From: Leptolyngbya sp. BC1307
GTDB taxonomy: Bacteria > Cyanobacteriota > Cyanobacteriia > Phormidesmidales > Phormidesmidaceae
Direction: 5' to 3'
DNA length: 24,000 nucleotides
Assembly: GCF_002286735.1 (NCBI RefSeq)
Contig: NZ_NRTA01000017.1
Coordinates: 18,656-42,655, forward strand
Of this stretch, positions 7,409 through 16,410 are shown piece after piece. The notes under the pieces were generated by a model, which worked only from the letters and a program-made list of their open reading frames with translations, did no database searches and was not told where the DNA came from. Position numbers and translations under genes: made by a program. Positions within the stretch are counted from its first letter, which is position 1. Every line of letters starts with the position of its first letter.

Positions 7409-9145
7409 TTACCCTTTTTCAATCTGCCAGAGAAGGAACTGCTGATTAGGCTCGATGGCGACATCGCTCACATCAGCGGTGGTAAAGATATAGTCTTTGG
7501 TCTGCCAGAGAGGAACGTAGGGCACGTCGTCAATCATGAGCTGCTGCAAGTCGCTGAAGACCTGATCGCGCTTGGCAGGGTCTTGCTCGGCGTTTTGCTG
7601 GGCGACGAGCTGGTTGGCTTCTTCGCTGTAGTAAAACGAGCCGTTGCTCTGCGTGGCTCCGACTTCGCACAGCGTTTCAGGGCTGCCCTGGTCGCAGGTG
7701 AGAAAGGGCTGCACGAAGTTTTCGGGGTCGAAGTAGTCGGGGTACCAGTTAGAGAGCACGCTGTTATAGGCACCTTTTTCGACGTTTTCAAACAGGGTCG
7801 CCGCTTCAGCGGTGCTGACGGTGATATTCACCAGGCCGGGTAACGCTTGTTCGACTGACTGCTTAATAGTGTTGGCGGCCACTTGCCGAGGGGTAGAGGC
7901 TGACGGATACCAGATTTCAAACGTGAGCGGATTGGCTTCGGTAATGCCAGCGGCGGTGAGGTACTGCTTGGCTTCGTCATAGTCGCCGTCGCCGTAGGCT
8001 TCTTCAAAGACGGGTTCGTAGACTTCAAAGCTTTTAGGAATCAGGCTGTAGAGCGGTTCGGCCTGGCCGTTGAAGGCGCGATCACTAATCAACTGCCGAT
8101 CCATCATCGCAGCTACCGCTTTGCGCACGTTGAGATCGTCGAAGGGGGCAATCTTCTGGTTGAGCGATAGGTAGTTGACCACCGTGCTGCCTGCTTCGAT
8201 GACCTGCCAGTCATTGCTATCAGCGTCGGATTCGATCTTGGCGATCTGGTCGGGGTCGAGCGTTTGATAGGCCACATCGAGCCCGCCGGAGGTAAAGGTA
8301 GTAAACAGGTTGGCCGCGCTGGTAAACACCTGAATATCAATACCGCCATTGGCCGGAGGCTCACCCCAGTAGTCTTCATTCACATCGAGCTTGATCACAT
8401 CGCTGCTAAAGGAGGCTAGCTTGTAAGGGCCAGAGCCAATGAAGTTGTCAGGCTTGAAGCTGCCCGCGCCGATCTCGTACTCTGTGGGGGAAACGGGCGT
8501 CATGCTCCAAAAGGTCAGCAGGGCTGGAAAGGCAGCAAACGGTTGCTTGAGCGTGATCACCAGTTCACCCGTTTCAGCAGCGGTAGCAGATTCGACCTTA
8601 TCGGCGATTAGAGAAGAGGGCCGACCGTTGTTTTCGATAATCCGCTGGATGGAAAAAGCCATCACCTCGGCATCGAAGGGGGTGCCGTCATGCAGGGTGA
8701 CATCGTCGCGTAGTGGGATGGTGTAGGTGAGGCCGTCTTCGCTGACGGTGGGCATTTCGGTGGCGAGCTGCGGTACCAGATCGGTGGTGCCAGGGGCGTA
8801 GGTATAGAGGCGATCGCCCAGGTTATAAAGCAAAATGCCGGGAAAAATTTCGTAGGCATCAGCTGGATCTAGCGTGCGCGCGCTGAGGGTGGTGCCGATT
8901 GAGACGCGATCGCCCGTACTCACAGCCCCTTCTGTCGCCGCCGAATCTACCGAAGCCGTATTGCCGCCGCCGCAGCTCACAGCTAGCACTAGCACCAGGC
9001 TAAACAGGCCCCCGTAGGCTCCGACTCGGCGTAATCTTTGACCGATCCTCTGGCTGATTTTTTGGCTAATTCTAAAGAACCATCGCCGCTGCAAACGAAG
9101 AAGCGTCACCATCATGGTCTGCCTGTGTAACCTACAACACGTCAT
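7409..9145 (-). CDS. ABC transporter substrate-binding protein, family 5 (peptide/nickel type), lipoprotein
   Basis: 578-aa ORF. Lipobox LAVSCGGG after a basic N-region. SBP_bac_5-like features throughout (LDPADAY, DGLTYTIPLRDDVTLHDGTPFDAE, GSGPYKL, WYPDYFDPENF). Start uncertain: ATG 9145, or the ATGATG at 9115/9112. Confidence 0.88.
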   Translation of the reverse strand: MTCCRLHRQTMMVTLLRLQRRWFFRISQKISQRIGQRLRRVGAYGGLFSLVLVLAVSCGGGNTASVDSAATEGAVSTGDRVSIGTTLSARTLDPADAYEIFPGILLYNLGDRLYTYAPGTTDLVPQLATEMPTVSEDGLTYTIPLRDDVTLHDGTPFDAEVMAFSIQRIIENNGRPSSLIADKVESATAAETGELVITLKQPFAAFPALLTFWSMTPVSPTEYEIGAGSFKPDNFIGSGPYKLASFSSDVIKLDVNEDYWGEPPANGGIDIQVFTSAANLFTTFTSGGLDVAYQTLDPDQIAKIESDADSNDWQVIEAGSTVVNYLSLNQKIAPFDDLNVRKAVAAMMDRQLISDRAFNGQAEPLYSLIPKSFEVYEPVFEEAYGDGDYDEAKQYLTAAGITEANPLTFEIWYPSASTPRQVAANTIKQSVEQALPGLVNITVSTAEAATLFENVEKGAYNSVLSNWYPDYFDPENFVQPFLTCDQGSPETLCEVGATQSNGSFYYSEEANQLVAQQNAEQDPAKRDQVFSDLQQLMIDDVPYVPLWQTKDYIFTTADVSDVAIEPNQQFLLWQIEKG

Positions 9146-9203
9146 TATGGGGGATGTTGGGTCAATTCGTCAGAAGAGAGCGTGCCAATTTTAGTCAGAT
9201 TCT

Positions 9204-9653
9204 CTAGCTCACGGCTTCTGCGCTTTCGGCTTCAGCCGCGCCCATTCGTCCTTGCAACCAGGCCGTAATTAAATGGGACAATAGACCCACCGGGCCAGCA
9301 AACAGGCACAGCGCTAAAGAGTGCCGCGTCCAAACGCCTTTTTCTTGCCCTTGCCAATAGATCCAGCGTCCGACAAACAGATCCATCACAATAAAGTGAA
9401 TCCAGCCCGTCGCCATCACCCGCTCATCGGCAAATAGCCCCGCTAGCTGACTCAAGGTCGGGTTCGCAAAGGCCGCTAGAGAATCTGGGTCAAGGCTAGT
9501 GGCAAAGCAGTAAATGTAGGCTAAAGCCAGCGGCACAAAGGGAATATAGGAAGCCATTACCCGGCGCGTCACCGACCAGCCTGGCAAAATAATCATCAGC
9601 GTCCAAAAAGGCAGCGCGAATAAGTTGGCACCGTTGTAGAGATAGTCGATCAT
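9204..9653 (-). CDS. ABA4-like (DUF4281) membrane protein
   Basis: ORF 9204..9830 trimmed to ATG 9653 (MIDYLYNGANLFALPFWTLMIILPGW...). About 149 aa with 4 predicted TM segments. The pattern ALPFW...PGW...HF.VMDLFVGRW matches my memory of the DUF4281/ABA4 family. The upstream 59 codons look like non-coding read-through. Confidence 0.65.
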   Translation of the reverse strand: MIDYLYNGANLFALPFWTLMIILPGWSVTRRVMASYIPFVPLALAYIYCFATSLDPDSLAAFANPTLSQLAGLFADERVMATGWIHFIVMDLFVGRWIYWQGQEKGVWTRHSLALCLFAGPVGLLSHLITAWLQGRMGAAEAESAEAVS

Positions 9654-9838
9654 GAGTTGTGTCTTACTTCTGGCAGTGAGCGGTCTGTTTTCAGGTATAC
9701 CTGCAAGTTGCGCTGGCTGACAAAGTTTTCCGCACAAAATCTGTCTAAATAACCTGGAGAGAGGTTGCGCTCTCAAACCAGCCCTGTAAGCTAGGTTAGG
9801 ATAGCGACCGTCTCCCGCTGTAAAGCACAACTGAAACC

Positions 9839-10030
9839 ATGATGATTTTGCCAGGCTCGCCCATTCGCATTACCAACGTTGACGATACTTACTTTGGCTT
9901 TGAAGGTCAGGTGCAGCGCGTCAGTGACGGCAAGATCGCCGTCCTGTTTGAAGGCGGCAACTGGGATAAGCTCGTTACTTTCAAACCTTCAGACTTAGAG
10001 ATTGTCAAGCCCATGCGAGGGAAGAAGTAA
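9839..10030 (+). CDS. ndhS: NAD(P)H-quinone oxidoreductase (NDH-1) subunit S
   Basis: 63 aa. [46 protein letters not shown] matches my memory of the cyanobacterial NdhS (Ssl0352/CRR31-like, SH3-like fold) sequence pattern and size. Confidence 0.75.
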   Translation: MMILPGSPIRITNVDDTYFGFEGQVQRVSDGKIAVLFEGGNWDKLVTFKPSDLEIVKPMRGKK

Positions 10031-10033
10031 GCG

Positions 10034-10675
10034 ATGCGTCTGCCGCTGCCGCAGTTTACTACCCGATCGCGTCAGGCCAGTCACATTGCTGAAGTGATTG
10101 AAACCTCAACCACCGAGTTTTTGGCGCAGTGCTTAGAGCCCGAAGATCTGAGCTTTCCGGCAATGCCGCCCTTTGGTAGCTGGGTGAAAGCTTATGACGA
10201 AGAAGCCGACAACCAGATTTACGGCGTGGTCTACCATGCGACGACCAGCCCGCTAGATTCGGTGCATCGGGCGCGGGCGCTGGGAATGTCGCTTGACGAG
10301 CTGCGCGAACAGCAGCCACAGATTTTTGCCATGCTCAAGACTGAGTTTCGGGTGGCAATTGTTGGCTTTGTGCCGCTGGCAACTCAACGCACCTATCAGC
10401 ATCTGCCGCCGCGTCCGCCGCAGGTTCACCAGGCTGTGCATTGCTGTGAGCCGGATGAAGTGATTTCTTTTACAGAAGAACTCGACTGGCTGCGCACACT
10501 CTTGCAGGTGAGCGGCGTGCCGACAGAGAGTTTGGCGGCGGCAGCGATTCGTGAGGTCTATGGCCTGCGCGATCTAGACCGCGATTGGCTAGTAAGGGCC
10601 GGGCGCACGGTGAGCGTTTTGCTAAAAGATGACTATGACCGCCTGCGGATGATTCTCTCGCAGATTCATCCCTAG
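10034..10675 (+). CDS. conserved hypothetical protein (no family recognised)
   Basis: 213-aa ORF with host-like codon usage. ATG lies 3 nt after the ndhS stop, and its own stop is 3 nt before the next gene. No TM segments or motifs that I can name. Confidence 0.6.
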   Translation: MRLPLPQFTTRSRQASHIAEVIETSTTEFLAQCLEPEDLSFPAMPPFGSWVKAYDEEADNQIYGVVYHATTSPLDSVHRARALGMSLDELREQQPQIFAMLKTEFRVAIVGFVPLATQRTYQHLPPRPPQVHQAVHCCEPDEVISFTEELDWLRTLLQVSGVPTESLAAAAIREVYGLRDLDRDWLVRAGRTVSVLLKDDYDRLRMILSQIHP

Positions 10676-10678
10676 CCC

Positions 10679-11866
10679 ATGCAAACCTACGACACTATCG
10701 TCATTGGCAATGGCCTCACTGGGGCCGCGCTCAGCTACGAACTCGCCAAAGCGGGTCAGGCAGTGCTCTTGCTAGACGATGGCAACCGTGACAGCGGCAC
10801 GTGCTACAGCTATGGCGGCATTGGCTACTGGGCCGGGACAACCGAGTTGACAACGACACTTTTGCGCGCAGGCATGGCTCGCCACCGCGAGCTATCAGAT
10901 GAGCTAGAGGCAGATACTCAGCTCCGAGAGATAGATCTGTTGCTAACGGTCGAAAAAGAAGCAGATATAGACTCTCTCATTAACGCTTACAAAGTCTTTG
11001 ATAGGCCGCCTCAGCTAATTTCTGTTGAAGCGGCGCAGGAGATAGAACCGCAGATTGACGCGGAGGCGATCGCTGCTGCCTTCACCATCCGCCATGCCCA
11101 TGTCGATCCGATGTCGTTGGTAGCTGCTTACAACCAGGCATTTCGCAGGCTGGGCGGTCATCACAATCTGTCTGCCGCGTCTGGATTAGTGAGAGTAGGC
11201 AACAAAGTCACAGGCGTAATGACTGAGGCTCAGGCGTACCCTGCTCAAACGGTTGTGGTTGCAGCTGGCGCGTACAGTCGAAATCTTTTGCGGGCGGTTG
11301 GTTTACAGGTGCCGCTGTTTTTCACGCATGCCGAGATTATAGAAACGCCGCCTTTGGATTTTGAGGTGCGATCGCTGATCATGCCCGCCGCCAACAACCG
11401 CTTTAAGCAAGAGGCCGAAGCCGCTGCTAGCGACCAGTGGCAACAGCCCAACAGCCAGGTGATTCCGCCCGTCTTAGAAGCAGGCGTCATCCAATTCGCC
11501 GATAAAACCGCTCGCATCGGGCAGATCAGCCGCTTTCACTCCGCCTACAGCCCGCCTGCTGACCCTACCGATAGCGAAACCGCTATTCGCCGGGCTATAG
11601 AACAACAGCTACCAATCCTCAAAGGCGTTCCTGGCACCTGGCGACACTGCCTGGTCACCTTCACCCAAGACGGCTTACCGCTACTCGGCCCTGTGCCTAC
11701 CGTCAGCGGGCTACATCTCTTCTCAGGTTTCACCAGTCCCTTTGCGCTTGTACCGCCTGTTGCTCAGCGCTACGCCCAATACTTGACAGGGCACCTGCCA
11801 GACTCGCCAGACGGCCTGATAAAAGATATGCTGATTGACCGTTTCAGCGTTGAACGCGACCATTAG
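10679..11866 (+). CDS. FAD-dependent oxidoreductase (DAO/glycine-oxidase-like superfamily)
   Basis: 395 aa. N-terminal Rossmann dinucleotide motif YDTIVIGNGLTGAALSYELAKAGQAVLLLD (GxGxxG followed by an acidic residue). Length and layout fit DAO-family flavoenzymes. Confidence 0.8.
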   Translation: MQTYDTIVIGNGLTGAALSYELAKAGQAVLLLDDGNRDSGTCYSYGGIGYWAGTTELTTTLLRAGMARHRELSDELEADTQLREIDLLLTVEKEADIDSLINAYKVFDRPPQLISVEAAQEIEPQIDAEAIAAAFTIRHAHVDPMSLVAAYNQAFRRLGGHHNLSAASGLVRVGNKVTGVMTEAQAYPAQTVVVAAGAYSRNLLRAVGLQVPLFFTHAEIIETPPLDFEVRSLIMPAANNRFKQEAEAAASDQWQQPNSQVIPPVLEAGVIQFADKTARIGQISRFHSAYSPPADPTDSETAIRRAIEQQLPILKGVPGTWRHCLVTFTQDGLPLLGPVPTVSGLHLFSGFTSPFALVPPVAQRYAQYLTGHLPDSPDGLIKDMLIDRFSVERDH

Positions 11867-11909
11867 GCCCGTTCATCCTCAGTCTTTGATTGCTCTGTAA
11901 AGGATCGGC

Positions 11910-13451
11910 ATGGCCAAAGCCAAGAAAGTAGCCAAAGAAGAACCGTTAGAAAAGCAGCTATGGAAAGCGGCTGATACGCTGCGCAAGAATATTGACGCGG
12001 CTGAGTATAAGCATGTGGTGCTGGGCTTGATTTTCCTCAAGTACATCTCAGATGCTTTTGAAGAACTCTTCACCAAGCTGAAAGCCGGTGAGGGTGAGTA
12101 TGCCGGGGCTGACCCGGAGGACAAGGACGAATACAAGGCAGAGAACATTTTCTTTGTGCCGCCAGAGGCGCGGTGGTCTTTTTTTCAGGCCAAGGCGAAA
12201 CAGCCCAAAATCGGTACGTTTGTCGATGCGGCGATGGATGCGATTGAAGCGGAGAATGCTTCGCTTAAGGGCGTGTTGCCGAAGGTGTTTGCAAGGCAGA
12301 ACCTTGACCCGACTAGCTTGGGTAGCTTGATTGACCTAGTGAGTAATATTGCGCTGGGCGATGCTAAGGCCCGCAGCGCGGATGTGCTGGGGCATGTGTT
12401 TGAGTATTTCTTAGGTGAGTTTGCCCTGGCTGAGGGCAAGCAGGGTGGGCAGTTCTATACGCCGCGCAGCATTGTCGAGCTGCTGGTGGCGATGCTGGAG
12501 CCGTACAAAGGGCGAGTTTTCGATCCTTGCTGTGGATCGGGTGGGATGTTTGTGCAATCAGATGAGTTTGTAAGAGAGCACCAGGGCCGGGTGAACGATA
12601 TCTCTATCTACGGTCAGGAGAGCAATCAGACGACGTGGCGGCTGGCGAAGATGAACCTAGCGATTCGCGGTATCGACAGTTCGCAGGTGAAGTGGAATAA
12701 CGAAGGCTCGTTTCTTAATGACGCGCACAAGGATGTGCGGGCGGATTTTATTATTGCTAATCCACCGTTTAACGTGAGCGACTGGAGCGGTGAGCTGCTG
12801 CGGGGAGATGGGCGCTGGCAGTATGGGGTGCCACCTGCGGGGAATGCGAACTTTGCTTGGTTGCAGCATTTTCTGTACCATCTGGCTCCTAGCGGACGGG
12901 CGGGAGTGGTGCTGGCAAAGGGGGCGCTGACCAGTAAGACTAGCGGGGAGGGCAAGATTCGCGAAGCGCTGATTGCTGATGGCAATGTGATGGACTGCGT
13001 TGTGAATTTGCCCGCGAAGCTGTTTTTGAATACGCAGATCCCGGCGGCGCTGTGGTTTATGAATCGGGCGCGGAATAATGGCCATCCGCGTAAGGGCGAG
13101 ATTTTGTTTATTGACGGGCGCAACCTGGGGCACCTGATCAATCGACGGACGCGCGAGCTATCAGATAAGGATATTCAGCAGATTGCACAGACATACCATG
13201 CTTGGCGCACCGGGGAAGCGGGCTATGAGGATGTGAAGGGCTTCTGTGCGTCGGTGCCCTTGGAGCGGGTGGCAGAGCTGGACTATGTGCTGACGCCGGG
13301 GCGCTATGTGGGGTTAGCCGAAGAAGAGGATGATTTTGATTTCACGGAGCGGTTTACGGCGCTGAAGGCGGAGTTTGAGGCGCAGTTACAGGAAGAGGCG
13401 GCGCTGAATGAGGCGATCTCGCTCAACCTATCGCGGGTAAAGCTGCCATGA
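11910..13451 (+). CDS. hsdM: Type I restriction-modification system, DNA methyltransferase subunit M (N6-adenine)
   Basis: 513 aa. HsdM N-terminal region ([32 protein letters not shown]). AdoMet motif [13 protein letters not shown]. Catalytic motif [10 protein letters not shown]. Also [14 protein letters not shown] and [14 protein letters not shown] lies 5 nt upstream of the ATG. Confidence 0.95.
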   Translation: MAKAKKVAKEEPLEKQLWKAADTLRKNIDAAEYKHVVLGLIFLKYISDAFEELFTKLKAGEGEYAGADPEDKDEYKAENIFFVPPEARWSFFQAKAKQPKIGTFVDAAMDAIEAENASLKGVLPKVFARQNLDPTSLGSLIDLVSNIALGDAKARSADVLGHVFEYFLGEFALAEGKQGGQFYTPRSIVELLVAMLEPYKGRVFDPCCGSGGMFVQSDEFVREHQGRVNDISIYGQESNQTTWRLAKMNLAIRGIDSSQVKWNNEGSFLNDAHKDVRADFIIANPPFNVSDWSGELLRGDGRWQYGVPPAGNANFAWLQHFLYHLAPSGRAGVVLAKGALTSKTSGEGKIREALIADGNVMDCVVNLPAKLFLNTQIPAALWFMNRARNNGHPRKGEILFIDGRNLGHLINRRTRELSDKDIQQIAQTYHAWRTGEAGYEDVKGFCASVPLERVAELDYVLTPGRYVGLAEEEDDFDFTERFTALKAEFEAQLQEEAALNEAISLNLSRVKLP

Positions 13452-14827
13452 CGCTGATAGAGCAAATTCAGCAGGGCGAGGGCAAGACGCTGGAGCTAAA
13501 GGCTCAACTGCCCCGGCATGACCAGATCGCGAAGACGGTGGTGGCGTTTGCTAATACCAGCGGCGGCAAGCTGGTGATTGGGGTGGATGATGAGCGGCAG
13601 GTGGTGGGGCTGGCTGAGACGGATGTTTTGGATTTGCAGGATCGGGTGGCTTCGATTGTGTTTGACCGCTGCTCTCCAGCGATTTTGCCAGAGATTTATA
13701 GTGCGAATGTGCAGGGCCGTCTGGTGCTGGTGGTGGAAGTATTTCGGGGAAATTTGCTGCCCTATTACCTGAAGGCGGCGGGGAAAAACGAGGGGACGTA
13801 TTTGCGGATTGGGGCGACGAATCGGCGGGCGGATTTTGAGCACATTCTGGAGCTGGAGCGGCAGAAGCGCAGTCAGAGTTTTGATGAGGAGGTTTGCCGG
13901 GAGCAGGTGCTTTCTGAGTTGGATTTGACGCCGTTGATGGAGCGGTTTGCGGAGCGGGGGAAGCCGCTGACGGCGGAGAAGCTGAGGAATTTGAAGCTGG
14001 TGCAGATGGAGCAGGGGGAGCTATGGCCGACGCAGGGGCTGATGATTTTGCTGGGGCGCTATCCGCATGTGGTGATGAAGTGTGCGCGGTTTCGGGGGAC
14101 GGATATGAGTGTCTTTTTGGATCGCAAGGAGTATGAGGGCGATTTGTTTGGACAGCTAGCGCAGGCGGAGGGGTTCATTAAAAACCATATTCATCTGCGG
14201 GGTGAGATTAGTGGGTTGCAGCGGACGGATACGTATGAGTTGCCGGATGAGGCGCTGCGGGAGGCGTTGGTGAATGCGGTGGTGCATCGGGACTATACGA
14301 ATAAGGGCCGCGATATCAAGGTGGGGGTGTATGACGATGTGGTGAATGTGGTGTCGCCGGGGGGGTTGCCGAGTACGCTGACGGCGGAGACGCTGTTGGA
14401 TGGGCGTTCGGAGATTCGTAATCGGACGATTGCGCGAGTGTTTAAGGCGTTGGGGTACATCGAGCAGTGGGGCAGCGGGATTCAGCGGATTCGGGCGGCT
14501 TGTTTGGATTGGGGGCTGGCGGAGCCGAGGATTCGAGAGAAGGGGGATTTTGTGGATGTAGAGTTTTATCGGCCTGGGTTTGAGGTGATGGCTAAACCTA
14601 AAAGTATCGGAAAAGTATCGGGAAGTATCGGTAGAGTATCGGAAAATGAGCAGCGAATTTTGGCTTATCTGGAAACTCAGCGGTCAATCACATCCAAAAT
14701 CGTTGAGAACCTAGTTGGAGTTAAGGAAGCTAGAGCTAGACGGATATTGAAAGAAATGATTGATAAGGGCTTAGTTGAGAAGCGGGGTGGTGGACGCAAC
14801 ACCTACTACGTAGGAAGTGAAGGGTGA
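13448..14827 (+). CDS. COG2865-type protein: AlbA_2 (Schlafen-like) domain + HATPase_c_4 ('RecG C-terminal-like') domain + C-terminal winged HTH
   Basis: 459 aa. N-terminus [12 protein letters not shown]...[29 protein letters not shown] (AlbA_2 pattern). Middle [14 protein letters not shown]...VVSPGGLP...[28 protein letters not shown] (HATPase_c_4 pattern). C-terminus [48 protein letters not shown] (MarR-like wHTH). The ATG overlaps the hsdM stop (ATGA at 13448-13451). Confidence 0.85.
   Translation: MTLIEQIQQGEGKTLELKAQLPRHDQIAKTVVAFANTSGGKLVIGVDDERQVVGLAETDVLDLQDRVASIVFDRCSPAILPEIYSANVQGRLVLVVEVFRGNLLPYYLKAAGKNEGTYLRIGATNRRADFEHILELERQKRSQSFDEEVCREQVLSELDLTPLMERFAERGKPLTAEKLRNLKLVQMEQGELWPTQGLMILLGRYPHVVMKCARFRGTDMSVFLDRKEYEGDLFGQLAQAEGFIKNHIHLRGEISGLQRTDTYELPDEALREALVNAVVHRDYTNKGRDIKVGVYDDVVNVVSPGGLPSTLTAETLLDGRSEIRNRTIARVFKALGYIEQWGSGIQRIRAACLDWGLAEPRIREKGDFVDVEFYRPGFEVMAKPKSIGKVSGSIGRVSENEQRILAYLETQRSITSKIVENLVGVKEARARRILKEMIDKGLVEKRGGGRNTYYVGSEG
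14603..14642. repeat. four copies of octamer AGTATCGG spaced 11/10/11 bp, inside the COG2865 gene linker
   Basis: Read directly: copies at 14603-14610, 14614-14621, 14624-14631 and 14635-14642. The octamer is read in two frames, giving [15 protein letters not shown]. Confidence 0.85.
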
Positions 14828-14831
14828 AAAG

Positions 14832-15965
14832 ATGAGTGAGTGGCTAGAATTTAAAATAGAAGACTTTGCTGAAGTTCTAAATTATAAACGTGTACCTCTG
14901 AGTACCAAAGATAGAACCGGAAGAAGTGGAAAATTTCCATATTACGGAGCATCAGGCATCGTTGATTACATAGACGACTACATCTTTGATGGAGAACATG
15001 TTCTAATTTCGGAAGATGGAGAGAACTTAAGAACAAGAAAGACTCCAATAGCCTTTAAGGCAGATGGGCAGTTCTGGGTGAATAATCATGCTCATATACT
15101 TAAGTTTCGTGAGGAACATCTTAGCAGCCTTATCGTTTATTATCTTCAAAATTTAGATTTGAACGAATTCATAAGCGGTGCTGTTCAGCCAAAGTTAAAC
15201 AAGACGAATCTCTTGGCAATACCAATTTTCCTTCCAAGAGAAAAGATAGAGCAGCAAGCGATCGCACAAGTTCTCAGCAGCCTAGACGACAAAATTGACC
15301 TACTGCACCGCCAGAACAAAACGCTTGAGGCGATCGCTAAGACACTGTTCCGTCAGTGGTTCATCGAAGAGGCTCAGGATGATTGGGAGGAGATGAATGT
15401 AGCTGATTTTGTCGAACTAAATAAATCCAGCATTGATAAAAGCTACCCCCACAAAACAATTGAGTATTTGGATACTGGCTCAATTCTTGAAGGTAAGATT
15501 GATGGTTTACAATCGCTTGAGACGAGCCATTCGCCCAGTAGGGCAAAGCGTTTGGTTCGACATAACGATGTGCTCATCTCTACTGTAAGACCCAATCAGA
15601 AGCACTATGGGGTAGTTAAAAACCCAGCAGATAACCTAGTCGTTTCTACTGGGTTCTGTGTCATAACTTGCACGAAAATAGATCCTCACTTCGTTTATCT
15701 TCTACTGACGAACGACGAAATGACTGAGTATCTGCACTCAATAGCTGAGGGTTCTACCTCAGCTTATCCTTCACTGAAGCCATCGGACATAGGGGCTATC
15801 GTCTTTCATCTTCCACCAAGCGATAAGCTAAAAGATTTTGCCAGTATTGCCCACGAGTCGTGGGAGAAGATAGAGAACAATTATGCTCAAATCCAAATCC
15901 TTGAAAAACTCCGCGATACGCTTCTTCCCAAACTCATGAGCGGCGAAGTGCGCGTAGACGTGTAA
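14832..15965 (+). CDS. hsdS: Type I restriction-modification system, specificity subunit S
   Basis: ORF 14817..15965. Two variable target-recognition halves separated by a central conserved helix (EQQAIAQVLSSLDDKIDLLHRQNKTLEAIAKTLFRQWFIE). C-terminal conserved helix (YAQIQILEKLRDTLLPKLMSGEVRV). ATG 14832 is 4 nt after the upstream stop; GTG 14817 is the alternative. Confidence 0.9.
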   Translation: MSEWLEFKIEDFAEVLNYKRVPLSTKDRTGRSGKFPYYGASGIVDYIDDYIFDGEHVLISEDGENLRTRKTPIAFKADGQFWVNNHAHILKFREEHLSSLIVYYLQNLDLNEFISGAVQPKLNKTNLLAIPIFLPREKIEQQAIAQVLSSLDDKIDLLHRQNKTLEAIAKTLFRQWFIEEAQDDWEEMNVADFVELNKSSIDKSYPHKTIEYLDTGSILEGKIDGLQSLETSHSPSRAKRLVRHNDVLISTVRPNQKHYGVVKNPADNLVVSTGFCVITCTKIDPHFVYLLLTNDEMTEYLHSIAEGSTSAYPSLKPSDIGAIVFHLPPSDKLKDFASIAHESWEKIENNYAQIQILEKLRDTLLPKLMSGEVRVDV

Positions 15966-15975
15966 CCATAGCCGA

Positions 15976-16410
15976 CTACTCAGGCACAAAAACCAAAATC
16001 GAGATCGCCCCACTAAGACGAGTAAAGTGCTTCGGATTTAGCGTTAATAGCCTATCCACATCTGATTTCAACGCAGCTTGGGCGATCAAAGCATCGAAAA
16101 TCCCCCCGCCTGGAAGGTTGAGATCTGACATTTGAGCGATCGCCGCCTGATAATCTGCTTGTTCTAACGAGACAGCCTTTAGGTATTGCAACTGATGCTC
16201 AATTAACAACCTGACATCTTGCGGTGACATGCGGGGTTTGCTAGGCATCCGAGTCAGCACAGAGTAAATTTCTGCCAAACTATGAGTGGAAAGATAGCCT
16301 TCAACTTGCCCTGCCTTAGCCGCTTGTAGCTGAGCGAAGCAAGGAACATGGCTAGGGTGCTGAGGCAGTGATGCCGCAACAATGACAGAAGTATCAAATA
16401 GAACCTTCAC
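15976..16410 (-). CDS. vapC: PIN-domain ribonuclease toxin (VapC family)
   Basis: 144 aa. PIN acidic set at the expected spacing: D6 (VLFDTSV), E47 (SLAEIY), D106 (GIFDALI), N125 (LTLNPKHF). The GTG start overlaps the upstream antitoxin stop (GTGA at 16407-16410). Confidence 0.85.
   Translation of the reverse strand: MKVLFDTSVIVAASLPQHPSHVPCFAQLQAAKAGQVEGYLSTHSLAEIYSVLTRMPSKPRMSPQDVRLLIEHQLQYLKAVSLEQADYQAAIAQMSDLNLPGGGIFDALIAQAALKSDVDRLLTLNPKHFTRLSGAISILVFVPE

Noticed and set aside
7081-8859. Short ORFs on both strands inside the ABC permease and binding-protein genes
   Set aside because: They overlap well-supported transporter frames and have low-complexity translations.
6380-9145. Incomplete ABC transporter (one binding protein and one permease, no second permease or ATPases) as an anomaly
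   Set aside because: Dispersed ABC components are common in cyanobacterial genomes. A plausible terminator follows the permease, and nothing suggests gene loss.
11860-11876. Shared 7-mer TAGGCCC at the left junction (about 11864-11870) and near the right junction (about 21090-21096) as possible att-like direct repeats
   Set aside because: A 7-bp match between two ~100-bp windows is expected by chance fairly often, and there is no recombinase gene. Not credible as a target-site duplication without comparative data.
12626-13141. 171-aa and 158-aa minus-strand ORFs (12626..13141, 12657..13133) inside hsdM
   Set aside because: They are fully antisense to a motif-rich hsdM frame. Their translations are Arg/Pro/Ser-rich with low complexity, as expected from reading G-rich coding DNA backwards. 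No start context or motifs.
11376-15257. The HIP1-free stretch over hsdM and the COG2865 gene as stand-alone proof of foreign origin
   Set aside because: By the same visual scan an ordinary region (5759-8809) is also HIP1-free for about 3 kb, so the absence is only weak supporting evidence. The codon-style contrast is the stronger signal.
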